Below, one piece after another: positions 47,431-56,182 of a DNA stretch of 64,000 nucleotides (position 1 is the stretch's first letter; every line of letters starts with the position of its first letter). A program made the translations under genes and the position numbers. Source of the stretch: Myxococcota bacterium (GTDB taxonomy: Bacteria > UBA10199 > JACPAL01 > GCA-016699445). The stretch covers positions 7,769-71,768 of the forward strand of contig JBPOJN010000002.1 in NCBI GenBank assembly GCA_052033505.1, written 5' to 3'. The notes beneath the pieces are model-generated. The model was not told the origin of the DNA. It saw only the letters and a program-made list of their open reading frames with translations, and did no database searches.

Positions 47431-48467
47431 GATTTCGCCGTGTCCACGAACGCCTTCGCGTTTTCGACGGGGATGTCCTCGAGGATGCCGTGGCCTAAAT
47501 TAACGATGTAACCCGGAGAACCGCCGGCGGCCTCGATCATTTTTTTCGTTTCTTCCCGGATGGTGTCAGGAGGGGCGTAAAGTTTCGCCGGATCGAAATT
47601 ACCCTGGATCGCGACTTCGCCTTTCGCGCGCGCCCGGATCTCGCGCAAATCCGTACGCCAGTCCACGCTGATCACGTCGGGACCGGCCGACTTCATGTCG
47701 TCGAAGAGATGTGATCCGCCTTTAATGTAGAGGATCGTGGGGACGCCAGTGATTTTGATCGCCTTCAGAATCTCGCGCGTGTAGGGCAGGGCGAAACGCC
47801 GGTAGTCGTCCGCGTCCATCATGCCGGCCCAAGTATCGAAGAGTTGGATCGCGTCGCATCCGGCCGCGACTTGTGCTTTCAAGTAGTCGATCGTCGCGAG
47901 CGAGATTTTTTCCATGAGCAGGCGAAAGACTGCGAGGTCGCGGTAGGCGAGTCTCTTGATGCGCGCGCCGTCGTAGGATCCGTCCCCACCCACCATGTAC
48001 GCCCCGACCGTGAACGGCGCCCCCGCAAAACCCAAGAGAGGAACGTCGGGAGAGAGTTCTTTTTTGATCCTGCGGATGGCTTCGAACACGAACGCACAAC
48101 GGCCGGGCACGTCTTTTTCGTGCAGGTCCGAGGCTTCGGCCTTCGTCACGACCGCGCGATCAAAAACGGGACCGACGTCCTTGACGAAATCGAGTTTGAG
48201 CCCCATCGCTTCCGGCACGATCAAGATGTCGCTATAAAGGATGGCGGCGTCGACGCCTAAGCGCCGAATGGGTTGCAGCGTGATCTGGCAAGCGATCTCG
48301 GGATTCTTCATCATCGCGAGCGTGGCCATTTTCTGCCGTATCTCGCGGTATTCGGGCAGATAACGTCCCGCCTGCCGCATCATCCAGACGGGCGCGCGGT
48401 CGACGGGCTCACGCCGGCAGGCCCTTAAAAATCGTTCTTTCGAGGTCATGAAGAGGGGGAAAGTCAT
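47427..48467 (-). CDS. hemE: Uroporphyrinogen decarboxylase.
   Basis: …KERFLRACRREPVDRAPVWMMRQAGRYLPEYREIRQK… matches the HemE N-terminal signature (PVWMMRQAGRYLPE). The start is 48467 or 48449; the ORF-track ORF extends to 48530. Confidence 0.9.
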   Translation of the reverse strand: MTFPLFMTSKERFLRACRREPVDRAPVWMMRQAGRYLPEYREIRQKMATLAMMKNPEIACQITLQPIRRLGVDAAILYSDILIVPEAMGLKLDFVKDVGPVFDRAVVTKAEASDLHEKDVPGRCAFVFEAIRRIKKELSPDVPLLGFAGAPFTVGAYMVGGDGSYDGARIKRLAYRDLAVFRLLMEKISLATIDYLKAQVAAGCDAIQLFDTWAGMMDADDYRRFALPYTREILKAIKITGVPTILYIKGGSHLFDDMKSAGPDVISVDWRTDLREIRARAKGEVAIQGNFDPAKLYAPPDTIREETKKMIEAAGGSPGYIVNLGHGILEDIPVENAKAFVDTAKS

Positions 48468-48559
48468 CGATTTCCCGGATAAATTCAATCCTAAAATACG
48501 GCGAGGAGGTTTTAAGAAAACCCTGGCCATTTTTCCGGTCGTTGATTTAAGGCCTGCGC

Positions 48560-49189
48560 ATGATTTTAGCCTGCTTGGATTTGGAAGGGGTCTTGGTCCC
48601 CGAAATCTGGATCAACTTCGCCGAAAAGACCGGCATCGAGGAGTTGCGTCTCACGACGCGCGACATTCCGGACTACGACGTGCTGATGAAGAAGCGGCTG
48701 AAGATCCTGGCCGATCATAAATTGAAATTAAAGGACATCGAAGAAGTCATCGGTACGCTCGAGCCGCTGGAAGGCGCGAAGGAATTCCTCGAACGTCTGA
48801 GGTCTTCTTTCCAGGTCGTTATTCTCTCCGACACGTTCTACGAATTCGGCATGCCTTTGATGAAACAATTGGGGTTTCCGACGTTGTTTTGTCACTCGTT
48901 GGGGATCGGGCCCGATGGATCGGTGACCGACTACCGGCTGCGTCTTCAAGACCAGAAGAAAAAAGCCATCGATGCCTTTCGCGCGCTTAACTTCAAAACC
49001 ATCGCTGCTGGCGACTCCTATAATGATACGTCGATGCTCAGCGCTGCAGATCACGGGATTTTATTCTGTCCTCCCGATAATGTGAAAAAAGAGTTCCCAC
49101 AATTTCCGGTTGCGATGGACCATCCCAAGCTTTGGGAACATTTTGAGTGGTATCAGAAAGAGTTGACATTATCGACCCGGCGAGTTTGA
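48560..49189 (+). CDS. thrH: Phosphoserine phosphatase/homoserine phosphotransferase ThrH (HAD family).
   Basis: MILACLDLEGVLVPEIWINFAEKTGIEELRLTTRDIPDYDVLMKKRLKILADHKLKL…FQVVILSDTFYEF…QLGFPTLFCHSL is nearly collinear with Pseudomonas ThrH (MEIACLDLEGVLVPEIWIAFAEKTGI…TTRDIPDYDVLMKQRL…). Confidence 0.85.
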   Translation: MILACLDLEGVLVPEIWINFAEKTGIEELRLTTRDIPDYDVLMKKRLKILADHKLKLKDIEEVIGTLEPLEGAKEFLERLRSSFQVVILSDTFYEFGMPLMKQLGFPTLFCHSLGIGPDGSVTDYRLRLQDQKKKAIDAFRALNFKTIAAGDSYNDTSMLSAADHGILFCPPDNVKKEFPQFPVAMDHPKLWEHFEWYQKELTLSTRRV

Positions 49190-49229
49190 AAGGACAACTT
49201 TTGATCCTACTTAAGGAGCCAATGTTCCC

Positions 49230-50498
49230 ATGAAGGTACTGTACCTGAGTTCTGATTTGCCGTGGCCGGTCACTTCGGGTTGTCGTTCTGCCCTCCATAA
49301 TCACCTCATGGAGATCTCTCAAGAAGGGAGTATTCTAAGAGAGATGGGGGTGGTAGATGATGCTCCCTCGCAGCGGGATATTTTTGAGAAAGAACTTCGA
49401 GCCAGGAATATTCATCTCCATCTCTTTCAGCGGAAAGTCAGCAAGCTTTCGCAAGGGTCACGATCCAATTTTCTGCGCGATTTGTTTTCCGTCCCATTTT
49501 TCTTTCTTACCTCTCGGTTTCCGATCGCCTACAGAGCGCGGCAAAATCCAGAAGCCTTGAAGAAGATCAAGGATTTGCTGGCGGAAAATGAATTTGACTT
49601 GATTGTCATTGACCACATCAATGCCGTCGCTCTCCTGCCTCCCGGACTTTTTTTGCCGACTCTTTACATCAGTCACAACGCCGAGTCCGTGATCTCGCGA
49701 TCACGTTATCGGAATTATCCGTTATGGCATCCTTTTCGATTTTTATTTTTTGTCGAATACCTCAAAAATTGTCATCTGGAACGGTTTGTTTGTTCCAGCG
49801 TTGACAGAATCGTCTGCATTTCGTCTGCGGATGTAGAGACACTAAAAACTTTTGCCATGGATTCAAAAAAATCCCCGTCGATCGCATGCTGTCCTGAGCG
49901 AGTCCTAATGAAGAATGCGTGGCGCGGGAGTTTCGGGGGGAAGGATTTACTGTTCGTCGGCCCCATTAAGTTTTTTGCAAATCAAGAGGCTCTTTTTTGG
50001 ACGGTTGAAAAGTTAATGCCGGCTCTTTGCGAGAGTGCTCCTGACGTGCGGCTTTTGGTCGCAGGAACGACGCGGGATGAATTTCTGAGCCGGGGAGGAC
50101 GAACGTCCCCGCATGTTCAATTTTTTGGATTTGTGTCTGAAGCCGAGTTGGATCGTCTCTATCAGGATTGTGATCTTCTCATTTCTCCGACCAAACACAG
50201 TTCAGGCATTAAAATGAAGGTGCTGGACGCGATCTCTCATGGCACGCCTATTGCCGGTACGCCGGAGTCTTTTTCGGGCATCGATTTTCTTTCGGAAATT
50301 TTACGGATCGATCGATCGAATGTCGATAAAAGTGCGAAGGATATTTTGTCTCTTCTTCAGACGCCTGAAAATTTAAAAGAAATAAGCCGAAGTATGAGGA
50401 GCAATTTAGAAAAATTCCTTTTGCGACGGAAAGGGTTGATTCGCCATATGAGGGAGCTCTCCGGCGTGGAGGAATTCTCTATTTCTTTAGTAGGATGA
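49230..50498 (+). CDS. Glycosyltransferase (GT-B fold, GT4-like).
   Basis: The C-terminal domain carries …LLVAGTTRDEFLS…VQFFGFVSEAELDRLYQDCDLLISPTKHSSGIKMKVLDAISHGTPIAGT (the E-x7-E-like region of GT4). Lower GC than the flanking genes. Confidence 0.75.
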   Translation: MKVLYLSSDLPWPVTSGCRSALHNHLMEISQEGSILREMGVVDDAPSQRDIFEKELRARNIHLHLFQRKVSKLSQGSRSNFLRDLFSVPFFFLTSRFPIAYRARQNPEALKKIKDLLAENEFDLIVIDHINAVALLPPGLFLPTLYISHNAESVISRSRYRNYPLWHPFRFLFFVEYLKNCHLERFVCSSVDRIVCISSADVETLKTFAMDSKKSPSIACCPERVLMKNAWRGSFGGKDLLFVGPIKFFANQEALFWTVEKLMPALCESAPDVRLLVAGTTRDEFLSRGGRTSPHVQFFGFVSEAELDRLYQDCDLLISPTKHSSGIKMKVLDAISHGTPIAGTPESFSGIDFLSEILRIDRSNVDKSAKDILSLLQTPENLKEISRSMRSNLEKFLLRRKGLIRHMRELSGVEEFSISLVG

Positions 50499-51198
50499 GT
50501 GTTTGCACCGCAGCCTGCGAGCTTCCCACGAGGAGTTCTTCTTGGAGCCCGACAATTTTTAAGGGAATAAATTCCGGACACCCGCAGAGTTCCGATGGGT
50601 CGCCGTGGATCAAATCCATGCCGCTTTCTTCGATGAGCCATCGGAGGGAAATATTTTTACCCCATTGATTGGTTTCTTTTTCGGAAAACGGCGCGAGATC
50701 CAGGAAGAGATCGACGGTCAGGATGAAAAGGCCGCCTGGTTTTAAAATGCGTCTGACGTGTTTGAGAATGCTTAAGATATCCGGCTCGGGGATGTGTTCC
50801 AGAACGGAGACGCTGACGCCACGATCAAAGTCATTGTCTTTGAGGTTGGCCTCTTCAATGAAACCGGGGAACAGTGTGACCTGGGTGCCAAAGCGTCTGT
50901 TCAGAAGATCGAAAAACTTGGGTGTGATCGGCCAACCTCGGCCTCGTGCCTTTATGCCCGGATCTACGTTGATGACCTTAGCAGCCGGCATGATCGAGCG
51001 CAAATTGCAAACCGGCATTTCCTCCGCCGATCTCAAGGGTGCGTAATCCTTTTTGGGGCGCTGTCTTTTCAAATACCCAGGGGTATTCGAAGCGACGGGT
51101 TCGATTATTGTCTTGGAACGCGAACGGCCCGACAAGGCCGGCGAGTCCCGGTAGATGGCGCAATTTTTTTGGTACGACCCGGCGCGCCGCATGACCAT
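50479..51198 (-). CDS. Class I SAM-dependent methyltransferase.
   Basis: …RGVSVSVLEHIPEPDILSILKHVRRILKPGGLFILTV… is a Methyltransf_11-type motif. The N-terminal 165 aa of the ORF-track ORF (Arg-rich, low-complexity) are not credible, so the start is taken at ATG 51198 (MVMRRAG…). Confidence 0.6.
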   Translation of the reverse strand: MVMRRAGSYQKNCAIYRDSPALSGRSRSKTIIEPVASNTPGYLKRQRPKKDYAPLRSAEEMPVCNLRSIMPAAKVINVDPGIKARGRGWPITPKFFDLLNRRFGTQVTLFPGFIEEANLKDNDFDRGVSVSVLEHIPEPDILSILKHVRRILKPGGLFILTVDLFLDLAPFSEKETNQWGKNISLRWLIEESGMDLIHGDPSELCGCPEFIPLKIVGLQEELLVGSSQAAVQTLILLKK

Positions 51199-51233
51199 AG
51201 GGGGCGCGCCAACGACGGTTCCATGCCTTGTGT

Positions 51234-52715
51234 TCACGAGATAGAGTTTCGCGGAGCAACATGCTCGTCTCCTTTGAGAGTCTTTTGGAATAGTGCAAGC
51301 ACTAAGTAAATAGCGATGCCTGGCAAGAAAGAAACAATGAGAAGTGTCTGGTCTTTCAAGGTAGGAGACAGCGCTTTTTGCAGTAAAAGGCTGAAGCAAA
51401 ATCCGAAAACTCCAGAGACAAGAGTCCGCCAACTCTCCGGTGTGAAGAGGGCGACTCTGTGAATGCGTCGCGCCTCTACCACCGCGACGAGGCTGACCAG
51501 TAGGTAGGCGGTTCCTGCCGTCCCTGCGGCGCCCAGAAGACCGAAATGAAGGGTTGCTTTGCCTCCGACAACGGCTGCGGCCAAAAGAGTCAGCATGGTT
51601 GCGACCACGAGTCGGCCTGCCGATCTTGTAACCACAAGAAAGTAGAGAAACACGGAGGAGGTTGAATAAAGAAGCTGCGGTATGACCAGCCAAAGAAAGG
51701 TACCCGTCGAAATAAGTGCCGCATTTTTTCCCAAAAAACCGACAAGGTTTTTACTAAAAAAAATCAGAGTGAATCCGATGATGATATTGAGAAATAAAAT
51801 TTTTTCTAGTGATAGGCGGAGATGGCTTTTGAGAGACTCTCGATCTTTTCCTAAAAAAGATTCGGATGCGACCGGGACCAGTATCCCTCCGATGGCTTTT
51901 TTGGTCTGCGAGGCGATCCGTGCGATTTGTTTTGCCAGGCCGTACACCCCGATCAAGGATTGTTGCTCAGGGCTGCCGGATCCTAAAAATGTGGTGATCA
52001 GAAAAATGTCGGCGCGAAATAGGATATTGTCAAACCCTGAAAGCAAATACATCGGCAGCGAGTAATGCAAGAAGCTGAGGGGAAATTTTTGTTTTGGGAG
52101 CGCTTCCAGGACCTTTTTCCAAGAAAAAAAACGTTGAAACACGACCAAAGAAAGAAAGGCCACGACCAGGACTGTTAGAGCCTGAGAGAGGATGATCCCG
52201 CGATCTTTCCAGGGAGTGAGTCGAAAGATGAAGGCCAACGCAAGAAGCAACGCTGGCTCTACAACGCTCCTTAACAAGGCATTATATTTCATTTCTTTCA
52301 ACCCCATCGTGGCATTGAGGGCAATATTGCCCAGTGCAAAAAAAGGGACTGTCGGAACGAGGATATAGAGGGCGAGTTTTATATCCGGGGTATCGACGTA
52401 GAGATGGGTGTAGCCCAAGACGATGAGGGATTCGATACTGGTGATGAGAAAGGAGGCTTTAAAACTGGAAGATAACTTTTGATAGAGCTTTTCGGTTTGA
52501 TTGTGACGGTAGTGAGCCGTCTCGAAGAGGATGCTTTCGTCGATACCCAGAGCCCCAAAAAGCATGATGAGTTCCACGATGCTCCAGGCGATCGTGTAAA
52601 CGCCGAATTTTTCTGATCCGTAGAGTGCGATGGAGGAAAAGAAAAAAATGGCCCGACTGAATCGAAAGACATTTCCTATTAAATTTATCTTTATGCCAAG
52701 TAGAAGATCTTTCAT
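51234..52715 (-). CDS. Polysaccharide biosynthesis/export protein of the MOP flippase superfamily (Wzx-like).
   Basis: About 490 aa with 12-14 hydrophobic helices and Wzx-like topology. The ORF-track ORF start (53138) overlaps the divergent lipoprotein gene. The start is taken at ATG 52715 (or 52757). A poly-C9 tract (on the coding strand) lies at 52716-52724, immediately 5' of, or just inside, the start. Confidence 0.65.
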   Translation of the reverse strand: MKDLLLGIKINLIGNVFRFSRAIFFFSSIALYGSEKFGVYTIAWSIVELIMLFGALGIDESILFETAHYRHNQTEKLYQKLSSSFKASFLITSIESLIVLGYTHLYVDTPDIKLALYILVPTVPFFALGNIALNATMGLKEMKYNALLRSVVEPALLLALAFIFRLTPWKDRGIILSQALTVLVVAFLSLVVFQRFFSWKKVLEALPKQKFPLSFLHYSLPMYLLSGFDNILFRADIFLITTFLGSGSPEQQSLIGVYGLAKQIARIASQTKKAIGGILVPVASESFLGKDRESLKSHLRLSLEKILFLNIIIGFTLIFFSKNLVGFLGKNAALISTGTFLWLVIPQLLYSTSSVFLYFLVVTRSAGRLVVATMLTLLAAAVVGGKATLHFGLLGAAGTAGTAYLLVSLVAVVEARRIHRVALFTPESWRTLVSGVFGFCFSLLLQKALSPTLKDQTLLIVSFLPGIAIYLVLALFQKTLKGDEHVAPRNSIS

Positions 52716-52724
52716 GGGGGGGGG
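52716..52724. repeat. Homopolymeric G9/C9 tract at the 5' end of the flippase gene.
   Basis: ttcatGGGGGGGGGtggtct on the + strand. On the coding (minus) strand this reads …AGACCACCCCCCCCCATGAAAGAT…. Confidence 0.9.
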
Positions 52725-52805
52725 TGGTCTTGTGATTTTTCTTTCCTTCTCGATCATGGGTTTGATAGAAGGGCCAGCACTTTTATAAAAATCTAAGGAG
52801 AAATT

Positions 52806-53480
52806 ATGAAACGATTTTCGATTTTTGGCCTGACAGGCCTCGTCACGGCGGTTTTTGTCTTTGGGACGGGATGCGACGCCCTCAAAAACATGGTCGGCGG
52901 TAGGACCGAAGAGAGAAAAGCTGACGGCGTGAGTTCGGATCAGCCTGCCGATCAGAAATTGAAGGAACTCGAAGAGAAGATGAAGAAGATGGAAGACGAG
53001 GCCAAGGTGCGGATCGAGGCGGAAAATAAAGCCAATATGGAAGTGGAATTGAAAGCGAAGCTTGAGCAAGAGATCCGGGCGAAGATTGAGGCGGAGCAGA
53101 AAGTAGTCGCGACGCAGCCGGTGACACAACCCACGCAAAAAGTTGTGGAGCGTATCATCGTCAGAGACGCCCCGAAGACGACGGCTTCTGAGGCGCCTGC
53201 TAGGTTATCTGGTTACATTCATGTCTATACCGATAGCCAACTCTCAGGCAAAAACATGAGGCTCTCTTTTGGCCAAAATATGCACACCACCGATGGTACT
53301 GCGTTTAAGGACAATATCACGTCTTTCTCCTACCAGATTCCAGCAGGGTGGCAGGTCTCGCTCTATCAGGATACAGGATATTCGAACACTAGCTACGTTG
53401 TGAAAGGCACAGGCAGTCTCGGCCATCTTCCTGGCTACATGAACGATAAATGTTCGTCGATCCGATGGGAGAGAGAATAG
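52806..53480 (+). CDS. Secreted/lipoprotein with a central coiled-coil (E/K-rich) segment and a C-terminal globular domain.
   Basis: The RBS ctaaggagaaattATG is followed by MKRFSIFGLTGLVTAVFVFGTGC. A ~70-aa charged heptad-like stretch (KLKELEEKMKKMEDEAKVRIEAENKANMEVELKAKLEQEIRAKIEAEQK) is followed by a Tyr/Ser/Thr-rich domain. Confidence 0.65.
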   Translation: MKRFSIFGLTGLVTAVFVFGTGCDALKNMVGGRTEERKADGVSSDQPADQKLKELEEKMKKMEDEAKVRIEAENKANMEVELKAKLEQEIRAKIEAEQKVVATQPVTQPTQKVVERIIVRDAPKTTASEAPARLSGYIHVYTDSQLSGKNMRLSFGQNMHTTDGTAFKDNITSFSYQIPAGWQVSLYQDTGYSNTSYVVKGTGSLGHLPGYMNDKCSSIRWERE

Positions 53481-53655
53481 TTTTTTCTCTTCATTAAAGT
53501 CTGTTGTGATTCAAATCGTTTCTGCATTGAGAGCCGGGGCCTTTTTTTTTGCATCCTGCCTTTATATTGTGTTTCTGGCTCTTCTTCCTCGCCGTCTCTT
53601 TTGCCGTATTTTTGGCGCCATTGAAAGAAGAGCGCGGAGAGGTCGGCTTAAGACG

Positions 53656-54213
53656 ATGAGCTCTCACATTGCGGGAGCCAAGACGGTTTTAGATGTGGGT
53701 TCTGGGACTGGTAAGTTTGGTAAGATGATTGCCGACCATTTAGGCATTCAAGTCTCCGGTGTCGACGTGATCAACTACAGCGATGCGGAGATTCCTTTCC
53801 ATGTTTACGCCGGCAAAAATCTCCCTTTTGAGGACGCAAGCTTCGATGTTGTTCTTGCCGTCTTTGTCCTTCATCACTGTGCGGATCAGGAGCATATTTT
53901 TTCGGAGCTCATCAGAGTAGCGCGGAACAAGGTTGTCCTATTTGAAGACTCCTTCGAGTATGATTGGCAACGATGTTTTGTTCGGTGGAACGATTTTCAG
54001 TCGAATATTCTTCAGGGTAATATCAGGGTGTTCAAAGGATGGACCAAGTCGAGTATTCGCGGAATGCCCATGCCCTATACTTTTCGCTCGATACCGGGAT
54101 GGATCGACTTTTTTAAAAAGTTTCCTGTCAAAGTTTCCTCCATGACGAAGAATTATGCCTGTTTTAAGACCCTCACGCGCGTCGTCTTTTCTCTTCAAAA
54201 AGACATCCCTTGA
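53656..54213 (+). CDS. Class I SAM-dependent methyltransferase.
   Basis: TVLDVGSGTGKFGKMIADHL (motif I), …ASFDVVLAVFVLHHCAD… and …RVARNKVVLFEDSF (motifs II/III). The start is taken at ATG 53656; the ORF-track ORF extends to 53506 through a T9 tract. Confidence 0.7.
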   Translation: MSSHIAGAKTVLDVGSGTGKFGKMIADHLGIQVSGVDVINYSDAEIPFHVYAGKNLPFEDASFDVVLAVFVLHHCADQEHIFSELIRVARNKVVLFEDSFEYDWQRCFVRWNDFQSNILQGNIRVFKGWTKSSIRGMPMPYTFRSIPGWIDFFKKFPVKVSSMTKNYACFKTLTRVVFSLQKDIP

Positions 54214-54254
54214 AAATAGGAACCAAAGATTGAAAGAAAACGGCGGATGCGTTT

Positions 54255-55268
54255 GTGAAAGAAGAAATCATGACTGCAAGTTTAAAACTGGTGGAGGGGT
54301 ATAGGCATTTTAAGCATTGGATGGGGCGCATTGTGTTGCCGGATTCGCCCTCTTCCAGTTCCATTCCGTTCTTTGAGTACGCCAAATGGTTTCGGTTCAC
54401 TCGCTGGACGCCGGATTATCCCTATTCCATCGATATTCAAACGAAGAGCGGCTGCAACGCCCATTGCAGCTTTTGTCCGGTGGGAAAAGAAGAGAACAAG
54501 ATCTACGGCAGCATGAGTGATGAGCTTTTTAAGAAAATCGTCGATGAAGTGATCGATTTCCCTAGCTTACGACAAATCAGTCCGTATCTTTTGAATGACC
54601 CCTTGGTCGACAAGGGGCTTCCGGAGAAGATCGCATACATCGCCCAAAAAAGAGGTTCCCGCAGGACGCCGTTGATCAGGATCGTTACTAACGCTGGACT
54701 TTTGACAGAGGACATGGGGCACCGTCTGTTGGCAACTGAAGCGTTAGATGAGATCAACTTCAGTTTTCATTCTATCATACCTGACGTGTACGAAAAAATG
54801 ATGTCTCCCCTAAAGTATGATCGCGTCATGGGAAATATCGTTCGGTTTAAGAATCAATGGAACGAATACGCCGGGGAAAAACCCAAGCTGACTGTTTGGA
54901 CCGTTAAGACCAATCCGGTCATTGCGAATCTAAAAAATGAAAAGGCTTACTGGAAAAAAATGGGAATAGGTTTTAAGGCGCGAAAGCTGGACAATCGAGC
55001 CAACAAGGATATTGAGACTCTTGGCCTGGGTGATCGCGAGTTCGAGAATGTTTCCATGTGCGTTATTCCCTTTTGGAGAGCATGGGTGATGTGGAATGGC
55101 GACATGATTATGTGTTGCGTCGATCAAGAGAGGACAAATCTTTTGGGTAATTGTGAGAACCGATCCATTAAAGAAATTTGGAACGATCCTGCGTATCAGG
55201 CATTACGACATCGCTGGAGAAAGAAGGAATTGGGTGGGCTTCTTTGTGAAACTTGCAAGGGAACATAA
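54255..55268 (+). CDS. Radical SAM enzyme with a C-terminal Cys-rich SPASM/twitch-like extension.
   Basis: Has the CxxxCxxC motif TKSGCNAHCSFCPVGKE and a C-terminal Cys cluster (MCVIPF…MCCVDQERTNLLGNCENRS…LLCETCKG). Its stop TAA overlaps the ATG of the next gene (TAATG). Confidence 0.8.
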   Translation: MKEEIMTASLKLVEGYRHFKHWMGRIVLPDSPSSSSIPFFEYAKWFRFTRWTPDYPYSIDIQTKSGCNAHCSFCPVGKEENKIYGSMSDELFKKIVDEVIDFPSLRQISPYLLNDPLVDKGLPEKIAYIAQKRGSRRTPLIRIVTNAGLLTEDMGHRLLATEALDEINFSFHSIIPDVYEKMMSPLKYDRVMGNIVRFKNQWNEYAGEKPKLTVWTVKTNPVIANLKNEKAYWKKMGIGFKARKLDNRANKDIETLGLGDREFENVSMCVIPFWRAWVMWNGDMIMCCVDQERTNLLGNCENRSIKEIWNDPAYQALRHRWRKKELGGLLCETCKGT

Positions 55269-56182
55269 TGAAATTGGTTCGCGCCCTTTTTTTTCTCGGA
55301 TCTTTGGCAGCGATGGCTTTTGCTCCTCTTGGAGAAACCCAGGAAATCAAGTCTCCTCAAAAGCAAACACTGGAAGCATTGTTTCGAAAACTCTCTCAAA
55401 AATCTAAGGGCCGCTGGAGATTTGTCCGTAAAATCCCCCTTCAGTTCAAAACCTATCACCCGCAGGGTATGGTGAAAGTCGGTGCCGAATTCTACCTCTC
55501 CTCTGTTGAGATAACTGAGAAACCCATGCCGACTCTTTTTGAAGAGGAGCGCCTTCCCGGAAAAGGAGTGGGTCATCTTTTTCACTTCGACGGGCGTGGA
55601 CGTTTGGTGAAACAGACGACGCTTGGGAAAAACAACTGCTACCATCCCGGTGGTATCGATACGGATGGGACGTTTATTTGGGTGTCCCTCGCCGAGTATC
55701 GCCCTCAGAGTCGATCTATCATTTATAAGGTGAACCGGATGTCATTTGAGGCTCAGGAGGCTTTTACTGTCGCAGATCATATCGGAGGAGTTGCCTTCGA
55801 CCCAAAAGAGCAAAATCTCCACGGCCTGAGTTGGGATGCGCAGGCTTTTTATGTTTGGAAAACACAAGGCCAGCAAATGAGTCGAGTTCCGCAAGGCGGA
55901 GAAATCTGCAAGTACCAGGAGTGTCATTATGTGGGCAGTGGGGCGATGCTCTGCGGCGGCTTAAGTCAAGCGTATGATTCGCGCGGTAGTATAGCATTAA
56001 TCGATCTTACCGACCATAACCTCATTTCTCGGATCGATCCTCCCAAATTAGAAATGGCAGACATAGTTTTGACGAGAAATGCGATGACTTTTGAAATGTG
56101 GGGAAGGGGTCTAAGGTTTTATTTTGTTCCGGAGGACAACGTCTCTGCAGTGTATGTTTTAGATTTGGAGTTGGATCCTTGA
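55268..56182 (+). CDS. Secreted protein of unknown function (about 304 aa, beta-rich), with its start overlapping the stop of the radical SAM gene.
   Basis: Has the signal peptide MKLVRALFFLGSLAAMAFAPLG and 5 Cys (…NNCYHPGG…GEICKYQECHYVGSGAMLCGG…). Lower GC (~47%) than the downstream helD gene. Confidence 0.65.
   Translation: MKLVRALFFLGSLAAMAFAPLGETQEIKSPQKQTLEALFRKLSQKSKGRWRFVRKIPLQFKTYHPQGMVKVGAEFYLSSVEITEKPMPTLFEEERLPGKGVGHLFHFDGRGRLVKQTTLGKNNCYHPGGIDTDGTFIWVSLAEYRPQSRSIIYKVNRMSFEAQEAFTVADHIGGVAFDPKEQNLHGLSWDAQAFYVWKTQGQQMSRVPQGGEICKYQECHYVGSGAMLCGGLSQAYDSRGSIALIDLTDHNLISRIDPPKLEMADIVLTRNAMTFEMWGRGLRFYFVPEDNVSAVYVLDLELDP

Noticed and set aside
50794-51309. 171-aa + strand ORF, and the 404-aa extent of the minus-strand ORF 50479-51693.
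   Set aside because: The + ORF is antisense to the methyltransferase motif region. The minus ORF's N-terminal 165 aa are Arg-rich low complexity, so only the C-terminal 239 aa (from ATG 51198) look like a real methyltransferase.
53541-53550. T9 homopolymer preceded by a GC-rich segment (gagccggggccttttttttt), considered as a terminator for the coiled-coil lipoprotein gene.
   Set aside because: The preceding GC segment does not form a convincing hairpin (no clear inverted repeat). It is kept only as a possible weak terminator or homopolymer, not reported as a feature.
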